Origin: an uncultured Mycoplasmatota bacterium
GTDB lineage: Bacteria; Bacillota_I; Bacilli_A; RF39; UBA660
Reading direction: 5' to 3'
Assembly: GCA_947056845.1 (NCBI GenBank)
Contig: CAMSCJ010000001.1
Location: 96,442 to 160,441, forward strand
Length of the DNA stretch: 64,000 bases
The position numbers were made by a program, and so were the translations under genes. Positions 20,821-29,986 of this stretch are shown here, piece after piece; position 1 is the first letter of the stretch; each line of letters begins with the position of its first letter. Below the pieces are notes generated by a model. That model ran no database searches, was not told the origin of the DNA, and saw only the letters and a program-made list of their open reading frames with translations.

Positions 20821-21448
20821 TCATAATATCCTCTATTTTGGAGAAATTTCCATGTTCTTCTCGATACTTAATTATTGCTTTAGCCTTTGATTCACCAATA
20901 CCTGATAAAGATTGCAACTGTTCAAGGGTAGCTGTATTTATTGATACTTTATTAGAATTATCAATCTTATTATCAGGATTATTTATATCACTACTAATTA
21001 AACAAGCATCATTAGTAAGTTTTGGGCAATTACATTCTTTTTCAACATATTGCACCACGATATTATTACCTTTCATCGACTGGACTTCATCATGTGTATA
21101 AATGACAATAACCATCTCATCAAATAGATTTTTACTTAAATTTATAACTGAGGTATCAGCATTTTCTAACAATCCACCACTTTTGTTAATGGCATCAATC
21201 ACCCTTTCCCCACTAGAAAAACTATAAACGCCAGGATTCACAACTGCCCCTTTAATATTGACTTTAATATCATTAGAGATTTTTGTTTCAATTTCTTGAT
21301 CATTTATTAATAATTCTTCAAATGTATCGTTAGGCGATTTATTTTTAATATTAACTAAATAAAGAATTACTAATAATATAATTAAGGGTCCTAATATAAC
21401 TAATGCCTTTCGATAATATTTTTTTATGTATATCATTTTATCACCCAA
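20762..21448 (-). CDS. comEA: Competence protein ComEA (SLBB plus tandem helix-hairpin-helix)
   Basis: N-terminal TM, SLBB domain, C-terminal HhH (LQSLSGIGESKAKAII...VTGIGEKV). Overlaps the comEC start. Confidence 0.8.
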   Translation of the reverse strand: MGDKMIYIKKYYRKALVILGPLIILLVILYLVNIKNKSPNDTFEELLINDQEIETKISNDIKVNIKGAVVNPGVYSFSSGERVIDAINKSGGLLENADTSVINLSKNLFDEMVIVIYTHDEVQSMKGNNIVVQYVEKECNCPKLTNDACLISSDINNPDNKIDNSNKVSINTATLEQLQSLSGIGESKAKAIIKYREEHGNFSKIEDIMNVTGIGEKVFEQIKDSITV

Positions 21449-21496
21449 TTATAAATATATACATAAATTATTGAAAACCCTTTTTTAATAAAAAAA

Positions 21497-21523
21497 ATCT
21501 AGTATCTTATATTTACTAGATTT
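21497..21523 (-). terminator. Rho-independent terminator (AATCTAGTA-9 nt-TACTAGATT plus U-run)
   Basis: Perfect 9-bp inverted repeat followed by T8 on the minus strand. Confidence 0.4.
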
Positions 21524-21525
21524 AA

Positions 21526-21992
21526 TTACTTTTTAACATATTTCTTGTTATATCCCTGCCACTTTTGAATAATTTCTTCCATATCTTTATTTTCCATATT
21601 CAAATATGTATTTAAATCTCTAAAGGTTATTTGATCTGGAAATAAAATTTGATTTTGACTAATCGTAAATAATGTGTCATCTTCTGTTAAATAATCATAC
21701 ATAATACTGAACTAGTCCAATAATCATTATTTTTAGCTAAGTTAACAATTGGAATAATCTTACCCGTTTTAATTTCTTTAATATGATTACAATCTACGAC
21801 AGTTGCTAAAATACTTCCCATAAGTCTAAATACATCTTCTAATTTTTAATCTTCAACATAATATGGCTTATTTCCATCTTTAAAACTATATAAAAGTATT
21901 TTATAAACATTTGAATAAGTGGTTTTATTTTGTGCTTTAATGTCATTTTTTTCGTTAACAATTTTGCTTAAATCTTTATTCTCATCTGTCAT
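21526..21992 (-). pseudogene. Disrupted ORF of about 155 codons: an in-frame TAA at 21846 and a frameshift near 21710
   Basis: Three contiguous pieces read MTDENKDL...YYVED*KLEDVFRLMGSILATVVDCNHIKEIKTGKIIP...SVLCMII / YDYLTEDDTLFTISQNQILFPDQITFRDLNTYLNMENKDMEEIIQKWQGYNKKYVKK. Only the first 62 codons are in the track (21846..22034). Confidence 0.4.
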
Positions 21993-22069
21993 GTTATCAC
22001 CTCTTTGCAAGGTGTATATTATCACTATAAACACATAAAGTCAAGAAAAAAATCAAATGGACATTTGAT

Positions 22070-22315
22070 TTAAAAAAACTTATCTATATCTTTTGGAACC
22101 TTATCGTTAACAACAGCCTCAATTATTTTATTTTCCTTTTCTTTTGGAACCTCTTTGCCAGTAAGTGCTCCAAGTTCTTGAATAACTTCTCTTAAAGTAG
22201 CTTCATTCTTTAAATCATTTTGCTGAAGTTTTCTGGCTAATTCTAGGATAGTATCCTTTCCAACATTGGTCTTCTTTTCAATCTTATTAAAAAATTTATC
22301 AGAAAAATTAAACAT
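22070..22315 (-). CDS. Small protein resembling stage VI sporulation protein F (SpoVIF/YjcC family)
   Basis: 81 aa: FF.KIEKKT.V.....LELARKLQ...LK.E.TLREVI....G.KEVPKEKENKII..VVNDKVP. This resemblance is recalled from memory. Confidence 0.35.
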   Translation of the reverse strand: MFNFSDKFFNKIEKKTNVGKDTILELARKLQQNDLKNEATLREVIQELGALTGKEVPKEKENKIIEAVVNDKVPKDIDKFF

Positions 22316-22365
22316 ATACTTTTCCTCCTAATTTAGTATATGTTTTAATCTTTTTTTGGTTAATA

Positions 22366-23688
22366 TTATAGTTCTTGTTCTCCTTTATTCTTAAAGTTTA
22401 AAACAATTGGTGTTCCTTCAAAATCAAATGATTCACGAATTTTATTTTCTAAATATCGTTTATATGAAAAATGAACTAATCCTTTACTATTAACTTGAAT
22501 ATTAAAAGTTGGTGGGCATGTATCAGTTTGGTTAGAAAAGTAAATTTTTAAACGTTTACCTTTATAAGAAGGTGGTAAATTTAGCGCATAAGCTTCATTA
22601 ATAACATCGTTTAAAATATTCGTTTTAATTTCTTTTTTACTATTGTTATATACTTTAATTACTTCAGGCATTAACGTATGAATTCTTTTTTTAGTTAGAG
22701 CTGATAAGAAAACAATTGGAGCATAAGGAATAAATTGAAAGTTAGCTCTTATATCTTTAATAAATTTCTTCATATTTTCATCTTTTTCAGCAATTAAATC
22801 CCATTTATTAACTGCAATAATGATTGCTTTACCGGCTTCTAGGGCATAACTTGCGATATGTTTGTCGTGTTCAATAATGCCTTCTATCGCATTAATAACT
22901 AGGATACATACATCAGATCTATCAATTGCTCTCAAACTTCTAAGTAAACTATATTTTTCAATCTTTTCATACACTTTACCTTTTTTGCGCATTCCGGCTG
23001 TATCAATAACAACAAATTCTTCACCATGATAAGTAAAAACGGTATCAATAGCGTCTCTTGTTGTTCCTGCCTCACTACTAACAATGACTCTGTCTTCATT
23101 TAGAATAGCGTTAACAAGACTACTTTTTCCAACATTAGGACGTCCAATAAGCGAAAATTTAATCATATTAGAGTTGTATTCATCATCAACAATTTCCTTA
23201 AAATTTTCAGTAATTTTATCTAATAATTCAAATATACCATTATTTTGTTCACCACTTATGTTAATGTAAGTATCAAAGCCCAATTCATAAAAATCGTATT
23301 GGTGTTCTAAAAATAATTTACTATCTGTCTTATTAATTGCTACAATAACTCTTTTTTGGCTCTTTAGCAACATATCTCTAACAATTAAATCATTGGAAGT
23401 AAGGCCCTCTTTTCCATCAACAACAAAAACAATAGTATCAGCTTCATCAATAGCTAATTCCACTTGAACTTTTATTTCATCATTAAAAAGGTCTTTACTA
23501 ATATCAATTCCACCAGTATCAATCAAATGAAATTTATAATTTTCAAATTCAACTAAACCATAAACGCGATCTCTTGTAACTCCTGGTGTGTCTTCTATTA
23601 TGGCGATTTTTTTACCAACTAGGCAGTTAAAAAGCGTCGACTTTCCGACATTAGGTCTACCTACTAGTGCAACAACTGGCTTTTTCAT
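22366..23688 (-). CDS. der: Ribosome-biogenesis GTPase Der (EngA), with two G domains plus a KH-like domain
   Basis: Two GRPNVGKS(T/S) P-loops and DTAG/DTGG motifs. Confidence 0.9.
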   Translation of the reverse strand: MKKPVVALVGRPNVGKSTLFNCLVGKKIAIIEDTPGVTRDRVYGLVEFENYKFHLIDTGGIDISKDLFNDEIKVQVELAIDEADTIVFVVDGKEGLTSNDLIVRDMLLKSQKRVIVAINKTDSKLFLEHQYDFYELGFDTYINISGEQNNGIFELLDKITENFKEIVDDEYNSNMIKFSLIGRPNVGKSSLVNAILNEDRVIVSSEAGTTRDAIDTVFTYHGEEFVVIDTAGMRKKGKVYEKIEKYSLLRSLRAIDRSDVCILVINAIEGIIEHDKHIASYALEAGKAIIIAVNKWDLIAEKDENMKKFIKDIRANFQFIPYAPIVFLSALTKKRIHTLMPEVIKVYNNSKKEIKTNILNDVINEAYALNLPPSYKGKRLKIYFSNQTDTCPPTFNIQVNSKGLVHFSYKRYLENKIRESFDFEGTPIVLNFKNKGEQEL

Positions 23689-23727
23689 TTTATCACCCCT
23701 AATATTAAAAAAACTTATCTAAGTAAG

Positions 23728-24225
23728 TTATTTATTATAAAACAATAAATTGTTTTTTTTCATAATTCCATCTATATCATAACATATTTCTTTACAATAT
23801 TCTAGTAAATTACCAAAATTTATACTATCAATTTGGCCATTTAATTTTATATATAACTCATTATCATATTTATATAACGAATAATCAATATTATTTAAAC
23901 AATTTTTCGCACCAAAAAAATCAGCTATTTTATATAAAAATTTGGCATTACTATGAATCGTCACTTGTGTATCGATTTGATCAATTAAATAATCATAATA
24001 TTCAATATCCTCATGTTTCATTGTAATAATAACACCATAGTTATCATCTATATATGCATCAATACTATAATAACCATTTACTTTAAGATTATAACAATTT
24101 TTAAGTTTTAGAAATAAATCATTCATATATTCTTCTAAGGTATTTAAGTCCAAAAAATCAATTTGTTTTGTATAATATTTATTTAAATAAATAATAATAT
24201 CTTCATCAATTACATTAATTTTCAT
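23728..24225 (-). CDS. Hypothetical protein, possibly a short MecA-like adaptor
   Basis: 165 aa. N- and C-terminal blocks loosely resemble MecA (YKYDNELYIKLNG...LLEYCKE versus the MecA C-terminal ClpC-binding region). Weak. Confidence 0.3.
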   Translation of the reverse strand: MKINVIDEDIIIYLNKYYTKQIDFLDLNTLEEYMNDLFLKLKNCYNLKVNGYYSIDAYIDDNYGVIITMKHEDIEYYDYLIDQIDTQVTIHSNAKFLYKIADFFGAKNCLNNIDYSLYKYDNELYIKLNGQIDSINFGNLLEYCKEICYDIDGIMKKNNLLFYNK

Positions 24226-24268
24226 CTTACCACCTAAATTATTGTATGAATAAGATTGAAATTTGCGC

Positions 24269-24850
24269 TTACATTGTTCGTTCTATTTTTTCTAGTGTTT
24301 CATCACGACCCAATTTAGTAACATTTGAAAACATCACAAAATCGTCTCCGACAACTAATTCTAAATCTTCTAGTAGCTGTGCTCTTTGTTTTTGTTGTAA
24401 TGTAATTCCTACTTTATCGGTTTTGGTAGCAACAATTGTAACAGGTATTTTATAATGTTTTAAAAAATTATACATTATTGTATCATCATTACTTAATTTA
24501 TTTCGAAAATCAATCAACATAAAAACTTGTTTTAAATTAGGTCTATTTACTAAATAATCTTCCATCATTAAACCAAACTTTTTTTGTTTCTGTTTACTTA
24601 AATTGGCATAACCATAACCCGGAGCATCAACTAAATAGAAACTATTATTAACTAAATAAAAATTTATTGTTTGTGTTTTTCCAGGATTAGAAGAAGTTCT
24701 AGCATAATTTTTGCGACTTATAATGGTATTGATAAAACTGCTTTTGCCAACATTAGAACGCCCCACTAATAAATATTCTGGTAATTCGTCTGTTGGATAT
24801 TGACTACGTCTTACGGCACTAATAACTAAATCAACACTAGTGATTTTCAT
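24269..24850 (-). CDS. engB: Ribosome-biogenesis GTP-binding protein EngB/YsxC
   Basis: GRSNVGKSSFIN P-loop and DAPGYGY; of YihA/YsxC length. Confidence 0.85.
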   Translation of the reverse strand: MKITSVDLVISAVRRSQYPTDELPEYLLVGRSNVGKSSFINTIISRKNYARTSSNPGKTQTINFYLVNNSFYLVDAPGYGYANLSKQKQKKFGLMMEDYLVNRPNLKQVFMLIDFRNKLSNDDTIMYNFLKHYKIPVTIVATKTDKVGITLQQKQRAQLLEDLELVVGDDFVMFSNVTKLGRDETLEKIERTM

Positions 24851-24980
24851 TTTTCCACCTTTTTTCTACTAATATTATTATCTTAATTATACCCTACCAT
24901 CTATTTTTAGTCAACTTTCGGTTTAATATTGACTTTTTAATTATTAAGGTTATAATATTTGAAAAAAAGGGGGAAATTTT

Positions 24981-25877
24981 ATGGAAAGCAAAATTATAAA
25001 AGGTTTAAACCTTTCAGAAGATAATATGATAAATATAAGTTTTTATAAAGAACCGATAACAATTAGTGAAATGCAACCAATATATGAAAGTGATAAGCAA
25101 AAAGTAGAGTTAATTTCTATGGAAACAGGCATACCAATAACATATATATCTAATAATGCACTCAATTATATAAGAAATTGGATTAAAATTGATAATAAAT
25201 GGTTTTTTATTAAAAAGCCAAATAGTTATTTAAAATTTTTTAACGAACTACTTGGTCAAGAAATATCTAATTACTTTGAATTAGAGAGTGTTAGTTATAA
25301 GATTGCTAAAAAATTTGAAGATTGTTGTTTTGATACTTGTTTAATGTCTGAAAACTTTTTTGATAATAATTATCGTTATTTGACTTTTGACGATTTAAAA
25401 ATTGATACATCGAATAAAAAATTATCAGAACGTTTAGATCTAATTAAACAACTATGTCAAAAAAATAATGATAAAGAATATTTATTATTGCAAGATATTA
25501 TAAAAATGAGCATTCGCGATTTATATTCGAATATGGAAGATCGACATCAACGAAATTTTTTCTTTAAAAAAGATGATAAAGAGATTAGATTAGCCCCATT
25601 ATTTGATTATGAACTTTCTTTTATGATGCCACCTACTATATATCGAAATCCATTATTAAACCTTGATATTCATGATAACAATACTAGTAATTTAATTAAA
25701 AATGATGATATGTTTCAAGAATATATAAATAAATTAATGGATATAAATATTGAGAAATTATTAGAAATTACCCAAGAAAAAAATGGTATAAATATTTCAG
25801 ATGGTCTTAGGGAAATTTTTATTAATCATGATAGGAATGCTAAAAATATAGTTAAGACTTTCTACTTAAGAAAATAG
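24981..25877 (+). CDS. Protein carrying only the HipA C-terminal domain (putative Ser/Thr kinase, CtkA/HipA_C-like)
   Basis: Catalytic-loop-like DRHQRNFFF and LAPLFDYELSF match the HipA_C D-H-x-x-N and LAPAYD signatures. No HipB-like neighbour. Confidence 0.45.
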   Translation: MESKIIKGLNLSEDNMINISFYKEPITISEMQPIYESDKQKVELISMETGIPITYISNNALNYIRNWIKIDNKWFFIKKPNSYLKFFNELLGQEISNYFELESVSYKIAKKFEDCCFDTCLMSENFFDNNYRYLTFDDLKIDTSNKKLSERLDLIKQLCQKNNDKEYLLLQDIIKMSIRDLYSNMEDRHQRNFFFKKDDKEIRLAPLFDYELSFMMPPTIYRNPLLNLDIHDNNTSNLIKNDDMFQEYINKLMDINIEKLLEITQEKNGINISDGLREIFINHDRNAKNIVKTFYLRK

Positions 25878-25902
25878 AGACAAAAATTTGTCTCTATTTT
25901 TA
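25876..25902. terminator. Bidirectional rho-independent terminator between the HipA_C gene and uvrC
   Basis: AGAGACAAA-aa-TTTGTCTCT followed by ATTTTTA. Confidence 0.6.
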
Positions 25903-27681
25903 TAGATTATTTAAAAATTCTAATAAATTTTTAGCTACTTTTTCAGGAATAATTTTTGATAATTCTTCTATACTGGCCTCTTTCATTTTAGTTATATTGT
26001 GATATTTTTTTAATAATTCTTTTTTTCTTTTCTCACCTATTCCTTCAATATTATCTAAAGTACTAGATAAGCTACCCTTACTCCTTATTTGTTTATGATA
26101 ATTAATTGTAAAGTTGTGAACTTCATCTTGCATTCTTTCTAAATAGTAAAATAAATTGCTTTTTCTATCGATTGGTATTTCAACGATTGGATTATGAGCT
26201 AATAGTGCATTAGTAGCATGGTGATCGTCTTTTTTTAATCCCACAACAGGAATACTTAAACCAAGTGAATTAATGACTTCTCTAGCGACATTAATTTGTC
26301 CTAGACCACCATCAACAATAATTAAATCTGGTTTGGTTAAATCATCCTTTAAAACACGAAAATATCTACGGTAGATAACTTCATGCATCGTTCCATAATC
26401 ATCATTTTTATCTAGAGTTATTTTAAATTTTCGATAATCATTTTTACTTGGCTTTCCATCAATGAAAACGACCATTCCTGAAACATTGAAGGTTCCAAAT
26501 AAATGGGCATTATCAAAAAGTTCAATTCTATCTAGTTTATTTAAACCTAAAATATTTTTTAACTCTTCGTTTGCTCCAATTGTCTTTTCTTCGTCTCTTT
26601 TAATAAGTTCAAATTTTTCTTCTAATAAAATTTTCGCATTATTATTGGCCATCTCAACTAATTTATTTTTAACACCTTTTTGTGGTTTAATTATTTTAAC
26701 ATTTAAATATTCAAATAAAAGTTTTTCATCAACAATACTTGGTACAATAATTTCTTTAGGTAGTATTATACCTTTATCATAAAATGTAGCTATATACCTA
26801 TTAACTTCCGCATCTAATTCATCTATTAAAGGCATAATTTTAGAATGTTTTTCAACAATTTTTCCACCACGAATAAAAAATACTTGCATAGATAAATAGC
26901 CTTTATCTGTATAAAAACCAAATATATCGGTATTAATATTGTCTTTTATTTCAACTTTTTGTTTTGTTAAAACAAGTTTTATATAATCAAGCATCTCTTT
27001 TAATTCTTTAGCTTTTTCATAATTCATATTTTCACTTTGAAGATACATTTCATCTTCAATTTTTTTAGTTATAAAACTATGATCACCATTCAAGAAATGA
27101 ATTATTTCATTTTTTATTTGATCAGTTATTGTTTTATCAATCTTATACTGACAATATCCTAAACATTCGTGAATATGGTAATATAAGCAAGGTTTCTTAT
27201 CAAATGTCTTACATTTACGTAAAGGATATAATCTATTTAATAAATTAACAGTATTCCTTGCAGCTGTAACATTTGGATAAGGTCCATATAAATTAGTATT
27301 TTTTTTTCGTTTACGATTAATATTTCTAACAATTGATAATTTTGGTATATCCTCATTTATAAATTCAATATAAGGATAACTTTTATCATCACGTAATAAA
27401 ATATTATATTTAGGGTCATATTTTTTAATTAAATTATTTTCTAAAATTAATGACTCAATTTCTGATTCAACAACAATATATTCAAAATCAACAATTTCAC
27501 TAACTAGTTTAGCTGTTTTTCCAGTATGAGTCCCTCTAAAATAAGAACTTAAGCGTCGTTTTAATCTTTTAGCTTTACCAACATAAATAATTACACCATC
27601 GCAATTTTTCATTTGGTAACAGCCTGGTTTTTCAGGTACTAAGCTTAATTTTTGTTTTATTTTTTGATTTATTTCATCCAT
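25900..27681 (-). CDS. uvrC: Excinuclease ABC subunit C
   Basis: GIY-YIG N-terminus (GCYQMKN...IIYVGKAK), UvrBC motif, C-terminal HhH (GIGEKRKKELL). Confidence 0.9.
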   Translation of the reverse strand: MDEINQKIKQKLSLVPEKPGCYQMKNCDGVIIYVGKAKRLKRRLSSYFRGTHTGKTAKLVSEIVDFEYIVVESEIESLILENNLIKKYDPKYNILLRDDKSYPYIEFINEDIPKLSIVRNINRKRKKNTNLYGPYPNVTAARNTVNLLNRLYPLRKCKTFDKKPCLYYHIHECLGYCQYKIDKTITDQIKNEIIHFLNGDHSFITKKIEDEMYLQSENMNYEKAKELKEMLDYIKLVLTKQKVEIKDNINTDIFGFYTDKGYLSMQVFFIRGGKIVEKHSKIMPLIDELDAEVNRYIATFYDKGIILPKEIIVPSIVDEKLLFEYLNVKIIKPQKGVKNKLVEMANNNAKILLEEKFELIKRDEEKTIGANEELKNILGLNKLDRIELFDNAHLFGTFNVSGMVVFIDGKPSKNDYRKFKITLDKNDDYGTMHEVIYRRYFRVLKDDLTKPDLIIVDGGLGQINVAREVINSLGLSIPVVGLKKDDHHATNALLAHNPIVEIPIDRKSNLFYYLERMQDEVHNFTINYHKQIRSKGSLSSTLDNIEGIGEKRKKELLKKYHNITKMKEASIEELSKIIPEKVAKNLLEFLNNL

Positions 27682-27774
27682 TTAAATCACCAACTAATTT
27701 TATTATACCATGGCATAAGAAAAAAGAATTAAAATTAATCCTCTTTTCTTCCTATTTTCTTAACTTTTACCTTT

Positions 27775-28115
27775 TTAAAATCTTCTCCACCATCAGCAAT
27801 ACGTTGACTGCGAATTAATTTTGCAGCATCATAATAAGATATAAATGCTTCATCTATATTTATTGGTTTCATAATTGAAACCCTAACTTCACCACCATTA
27901 TATTTATCAGTATCCCACTGATTATAGAGCCCATATTCTATATTAGTTAAAATATCAACACAATTTGCATTATTATTTTTTTAACTAATACATAATCACC
28001 AATAGTAAGTTTTTTTCCCTATAATTGCATCGTTATCAACTTCATCAACTATTTCAATTAAACGACTCATATATAAGTCTTTCGTACTAATATTTTTTAT
28101 ACTCTTGTCATTCAT
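27775..28115 (-). pseudogene. ORF of about 113 codons broken by two homopolymer-A frameshifts
   Basis: MNDKSIKNISTKDLYMSRLIEIVDEVDNDAIIGKK / LTIGDYVLVKK / NNANCVDILTNIEYGLYNQWDTDKYNGGEVRVSIMKPINIDEAFISYYDAAKLIRSQRIADGGEDF is readable only by shifting frame at A7 runs. Could be sequencing error rather than decay. Confidence 0.3.
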
Positions 28116-28178
28116 AAATTTATTTCCCCTTTAAAATATTACCTATTATAACATCTAATTTTAGTTATGTAAATAATA

Positions 28179-28224
28179 TTTTATAAATAAACAATTGAAA
28201 CTTTTATAAATAAACAATTGAAAC
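28179..28224 (+). repeat. Two perfect tandem 23-bp direct repeats (TTTTATAAATAAACAATTGAAAC) abutting the -35 of the promoter below
   Basis: 28179..28201 and 28202..28224 are identical. Each contains the CAATTG palindrome. Confidence 0.8.
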
Positions 28225-28227
28225 TTT

Positions 28228-28256
28228 TTGACAAAAGTAGCTAAATATGATAATAT
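28228..28256 (+). promoter_or_regulatory. Near-consensus sigma-A promoter (TTGACA, 17 nt spacer, TAATAT)
   Basis: TTGACAaaagtagctaaatatgaTAATAT. No protein-coding gene follows on the plus strand for about 400 nt. Confidence 0.55.
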
Positions 28257-28262
28257 GAATAT

Positions 28263-28385
28263 GTCAAGGCAACTTGAATATAATAAAAAAGGGAAATACT
28301 TAAACTTAGCACGTTGAGTACTTACCCAAAGTTATTTGTTTAAGTACTTAATCTACGTAAGGTAAATTGAGTACTTTTCTTTTTC
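28263..28385 (+). ncRNA. Candidate small RNA of about 120 nt (type I antitoxin-like) with three AAGTACTT palindromes
   Basis: Transcript predicted from the promoter at 28228. Copies at 28315-24, 28341-50 and 28367-76 can pair 1:2 or 2:3, with 16-nt loops in both cases. The 2:3 hairpin is followed by UUUUCUUUUU. Fully antisense to the 3' end of the convergent peptide gene. Confidence 0.3.
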
Positions 28386-28392
28386 ATAGTTA

Positions 28393-28476
28393 CTAGATTA
28401 CAAAAGTAAAAAGTAGGGCTATATGTAAAAGGATAATTAAAATCAAAGCAAAAATTAAAAAGTCTTTCTTAGACAT
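28393..28476 (-). CDS. 27-aa hydrophobic peptide (candidate type I toxin)
   Basis: MSKKDFLIFALILIILLHIALLFTFVI, a single TM helix. Strong SD GAGAGGAGG 8 nt upstream of the ATG. Not in the ORF track because it is under the size cut-off. Confidence 0.4.
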   Translation of the reverse strand: MSKKDFLIFALILIILLHIALLFTFVI

Positions 28477-28656
28477 AATTATCAGCCTCCTCTCATAAGA
28501 AAATCGGCAAGTACCCAACAATTAGTATTTCCTAAACACATTATACTACTTGTTAACAATCTAAATAATTAAATTTTTAATTATAAATTTATACTAACTA
28601 TTATATATAATTTGAAAAAATAAAATAAATCATATATAATTATAACGGTGATTTAA

Positions 28657-29250
28657 TTGAAAACAATCAAAAAAAACATAACTAATGAAATTATAGTAAA
28701 TAAATCAAAATTTATTACTAAATTAATAAAAATTAATAATGAAGAAGAAGTTAAAAACAAACTAGATTTTTTAAAGAAAGAATATAAAGATGCAACCCAT
28801 CACTGTTACTCATATATTACTGGTAATATAAAAAGATTTAATGATGACGGAGAGCCAGGGGGAACCGCTGGTATGCCTATTTTAAATGTCTTAGAAAATA
28901 ATAATTTAACAAATATTTTGGCTGTTGTTATTAGATATTTTGGTGGCATTAAATTAGGAGCTGGTGGTTTAGTTAGGGCATATACTAAAGCTATAACAGA
29001 ATGTTTAAATAATATAGAAATAGTTAATTTAACTAACGGCATAAATTTTAAAATTGAATTTTCTTATGATAACATCAAAAAAATTGATAATATTTTAAAA
29101 GATACTAAAATTACTTATAAAGAATATGATAACAATATTATTTATGAATGTAGTTTGACTATAGAAAATTTTGAAAAAATAAAAAAAGAATTAGAAACTA
29201 ACTCTTTAAATTTAGAAATATTAAATGAAACATTAGTCGAAATTGATTAA
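28657..29250 (+). CDS. yigZ: YigZ/IMPACT-family protein (UPF0029), with TTG start
   Basis: Conserved NDDGEPGGTAGMPIL and YFGGIKLGAGGLVRAY motifs. Confidence 0.8.
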   Translation: MKTIKKNITNEIIVNKSKFITKLIKINNEEEVKNKLDFLKKEYKDATHHCYSYITGNIKRFNDDGEPGGTAGMPILNVLENNNLTNILAVVIRYFGGIKLGAGGLVRAYTKAITECLNNIEIVNLTNGINFKIEFSYDNIKKIDNILKDTKITYKEYDNNIIYECSLTIENFEKIKKELETNSLNLEILNETLVEID

Positions 29251-29262
29251 TGTTTTTCTTTC
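29133..29262. repeat. Direct-repeat copy 1 (about 128 bp): the authentic 3' end of yigZ
   Basis: About 98% identical to 29987..30118. Confidence 0.85.
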
Positions 29263-29278
29263 AATTTACAATATATTT

Positions 29279-29581
29279 TTACTTAAATAATTCACTATGA
29301 CTTCCAGTTGCAAAAAGCAATAGAATTAATGAATCGTCTTCAATTTTATAAACTAAAAGCCAGTCTGGCTCAATATGGCATTCATAACAATCTTTATACA
29401 TTTTATTATTTATAAGATTATGATTTTTATATTTAGACGACAATTCTTGACCATTTGCTAATACATTAAGAACGTCTAAAAATTTATTTTCATCTTTACC
29501 TTGTTTCAAAACTTTTTTAAAATCCTTTTTAAATTGACTGGTAAATTTTACTTCATACTTTGTACTTTGCAAATTAAACAT
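29279..29581 (-). CDS. yafQ: Type II toxin, YafQ/RelE family
   Basis: HIEPDWLLVYKIEDDSLILLLFATGSHSELF matches the YafQ signature H..PDWLL.Y...LVL.RTGSH.DLF. Confidence 0.8.
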   Translation of the reverse strand: MFNLQSTKYEVKFTSQFKKDFKKVLKQGKDENKFLDVLNVLANGQELSSKYKNHNLINNKMYKDCYECHIEPDWLLVYKIEDDSLILLLFATGSHSELFK

Positions 29582-29872
29582 TTATTTTTTTAAATCCTCA
29601 ATCATTTCATACATATTATGATAGCCTTTTGCCTTTATTTTTCCATTTAATATATTTTCACCATCTTGTAGTGCTTCTAATAAATGTTCACTAGGTTTAG
29701 GATTTTTAACCTCAAATGGTAAACCATCTTTATATATCAATTGTTTAATAGCCATATTTACAAATGTACTCATATTAAGTCCTAAACTTTTTAAAATTCC
29801 ATTTGCAACTTCTTTATCATGATTATCTACTTGAACACTAATTGCGCTTGTCAATGGTTCCATATTCTCCAC
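29582..29872 (-). CDS. dinJ: Type II antitoxin, RelB/DinJ family
   Basis: 96 aa. Ribbon-helix-helix-like N-terminus (SVQVDNHDKEVANGILKSLGLNMSTFVNMAIKQLI). Its stop abuts the yafQ start. Confidence 0.8.
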   Translation of the reverse strand: MENMEPLTSAISVQVDNHDKEVANGILKSLGLNMSTFVNMAIKQLIYKDGLPFEVKNPKPSEHLLEALQDGENILNGKIKAKGYHNMYEMIEDLKK

Positions 29873-29888
29873 CTCTTTTTCTGAATTA

Positions 29889-29934
29889 ATATTACCATAT
29901 AATATTGTATGTTGTCAATATAATATTATATGGT
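29889..29934 (-). promoter_or_regulatory. Promoter and operator of dinJ-yafQ: TTGACA-18-TAATAT flanked by a 13-bp inverted repeat
   Basis: ACCATATAATATT (29894-906) and AATATTATATGGT (29922-934) bracket the -35 and -10. Typical autorepression architecture. Confidence 0.5.
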
Positions 29935-29986
29935 ATCGATATGGCATTATAAGCATATTCAATAATATTATATGCAGAATAAAAAA

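Noticed and set aside
26462-26782. Plus-strand 106-aa ORF
   Set aside because: Antisense inside uvrC.
28806-29042. Minus-strand 78-aa ORF
   Set aside because: Antisense inside yigZ.
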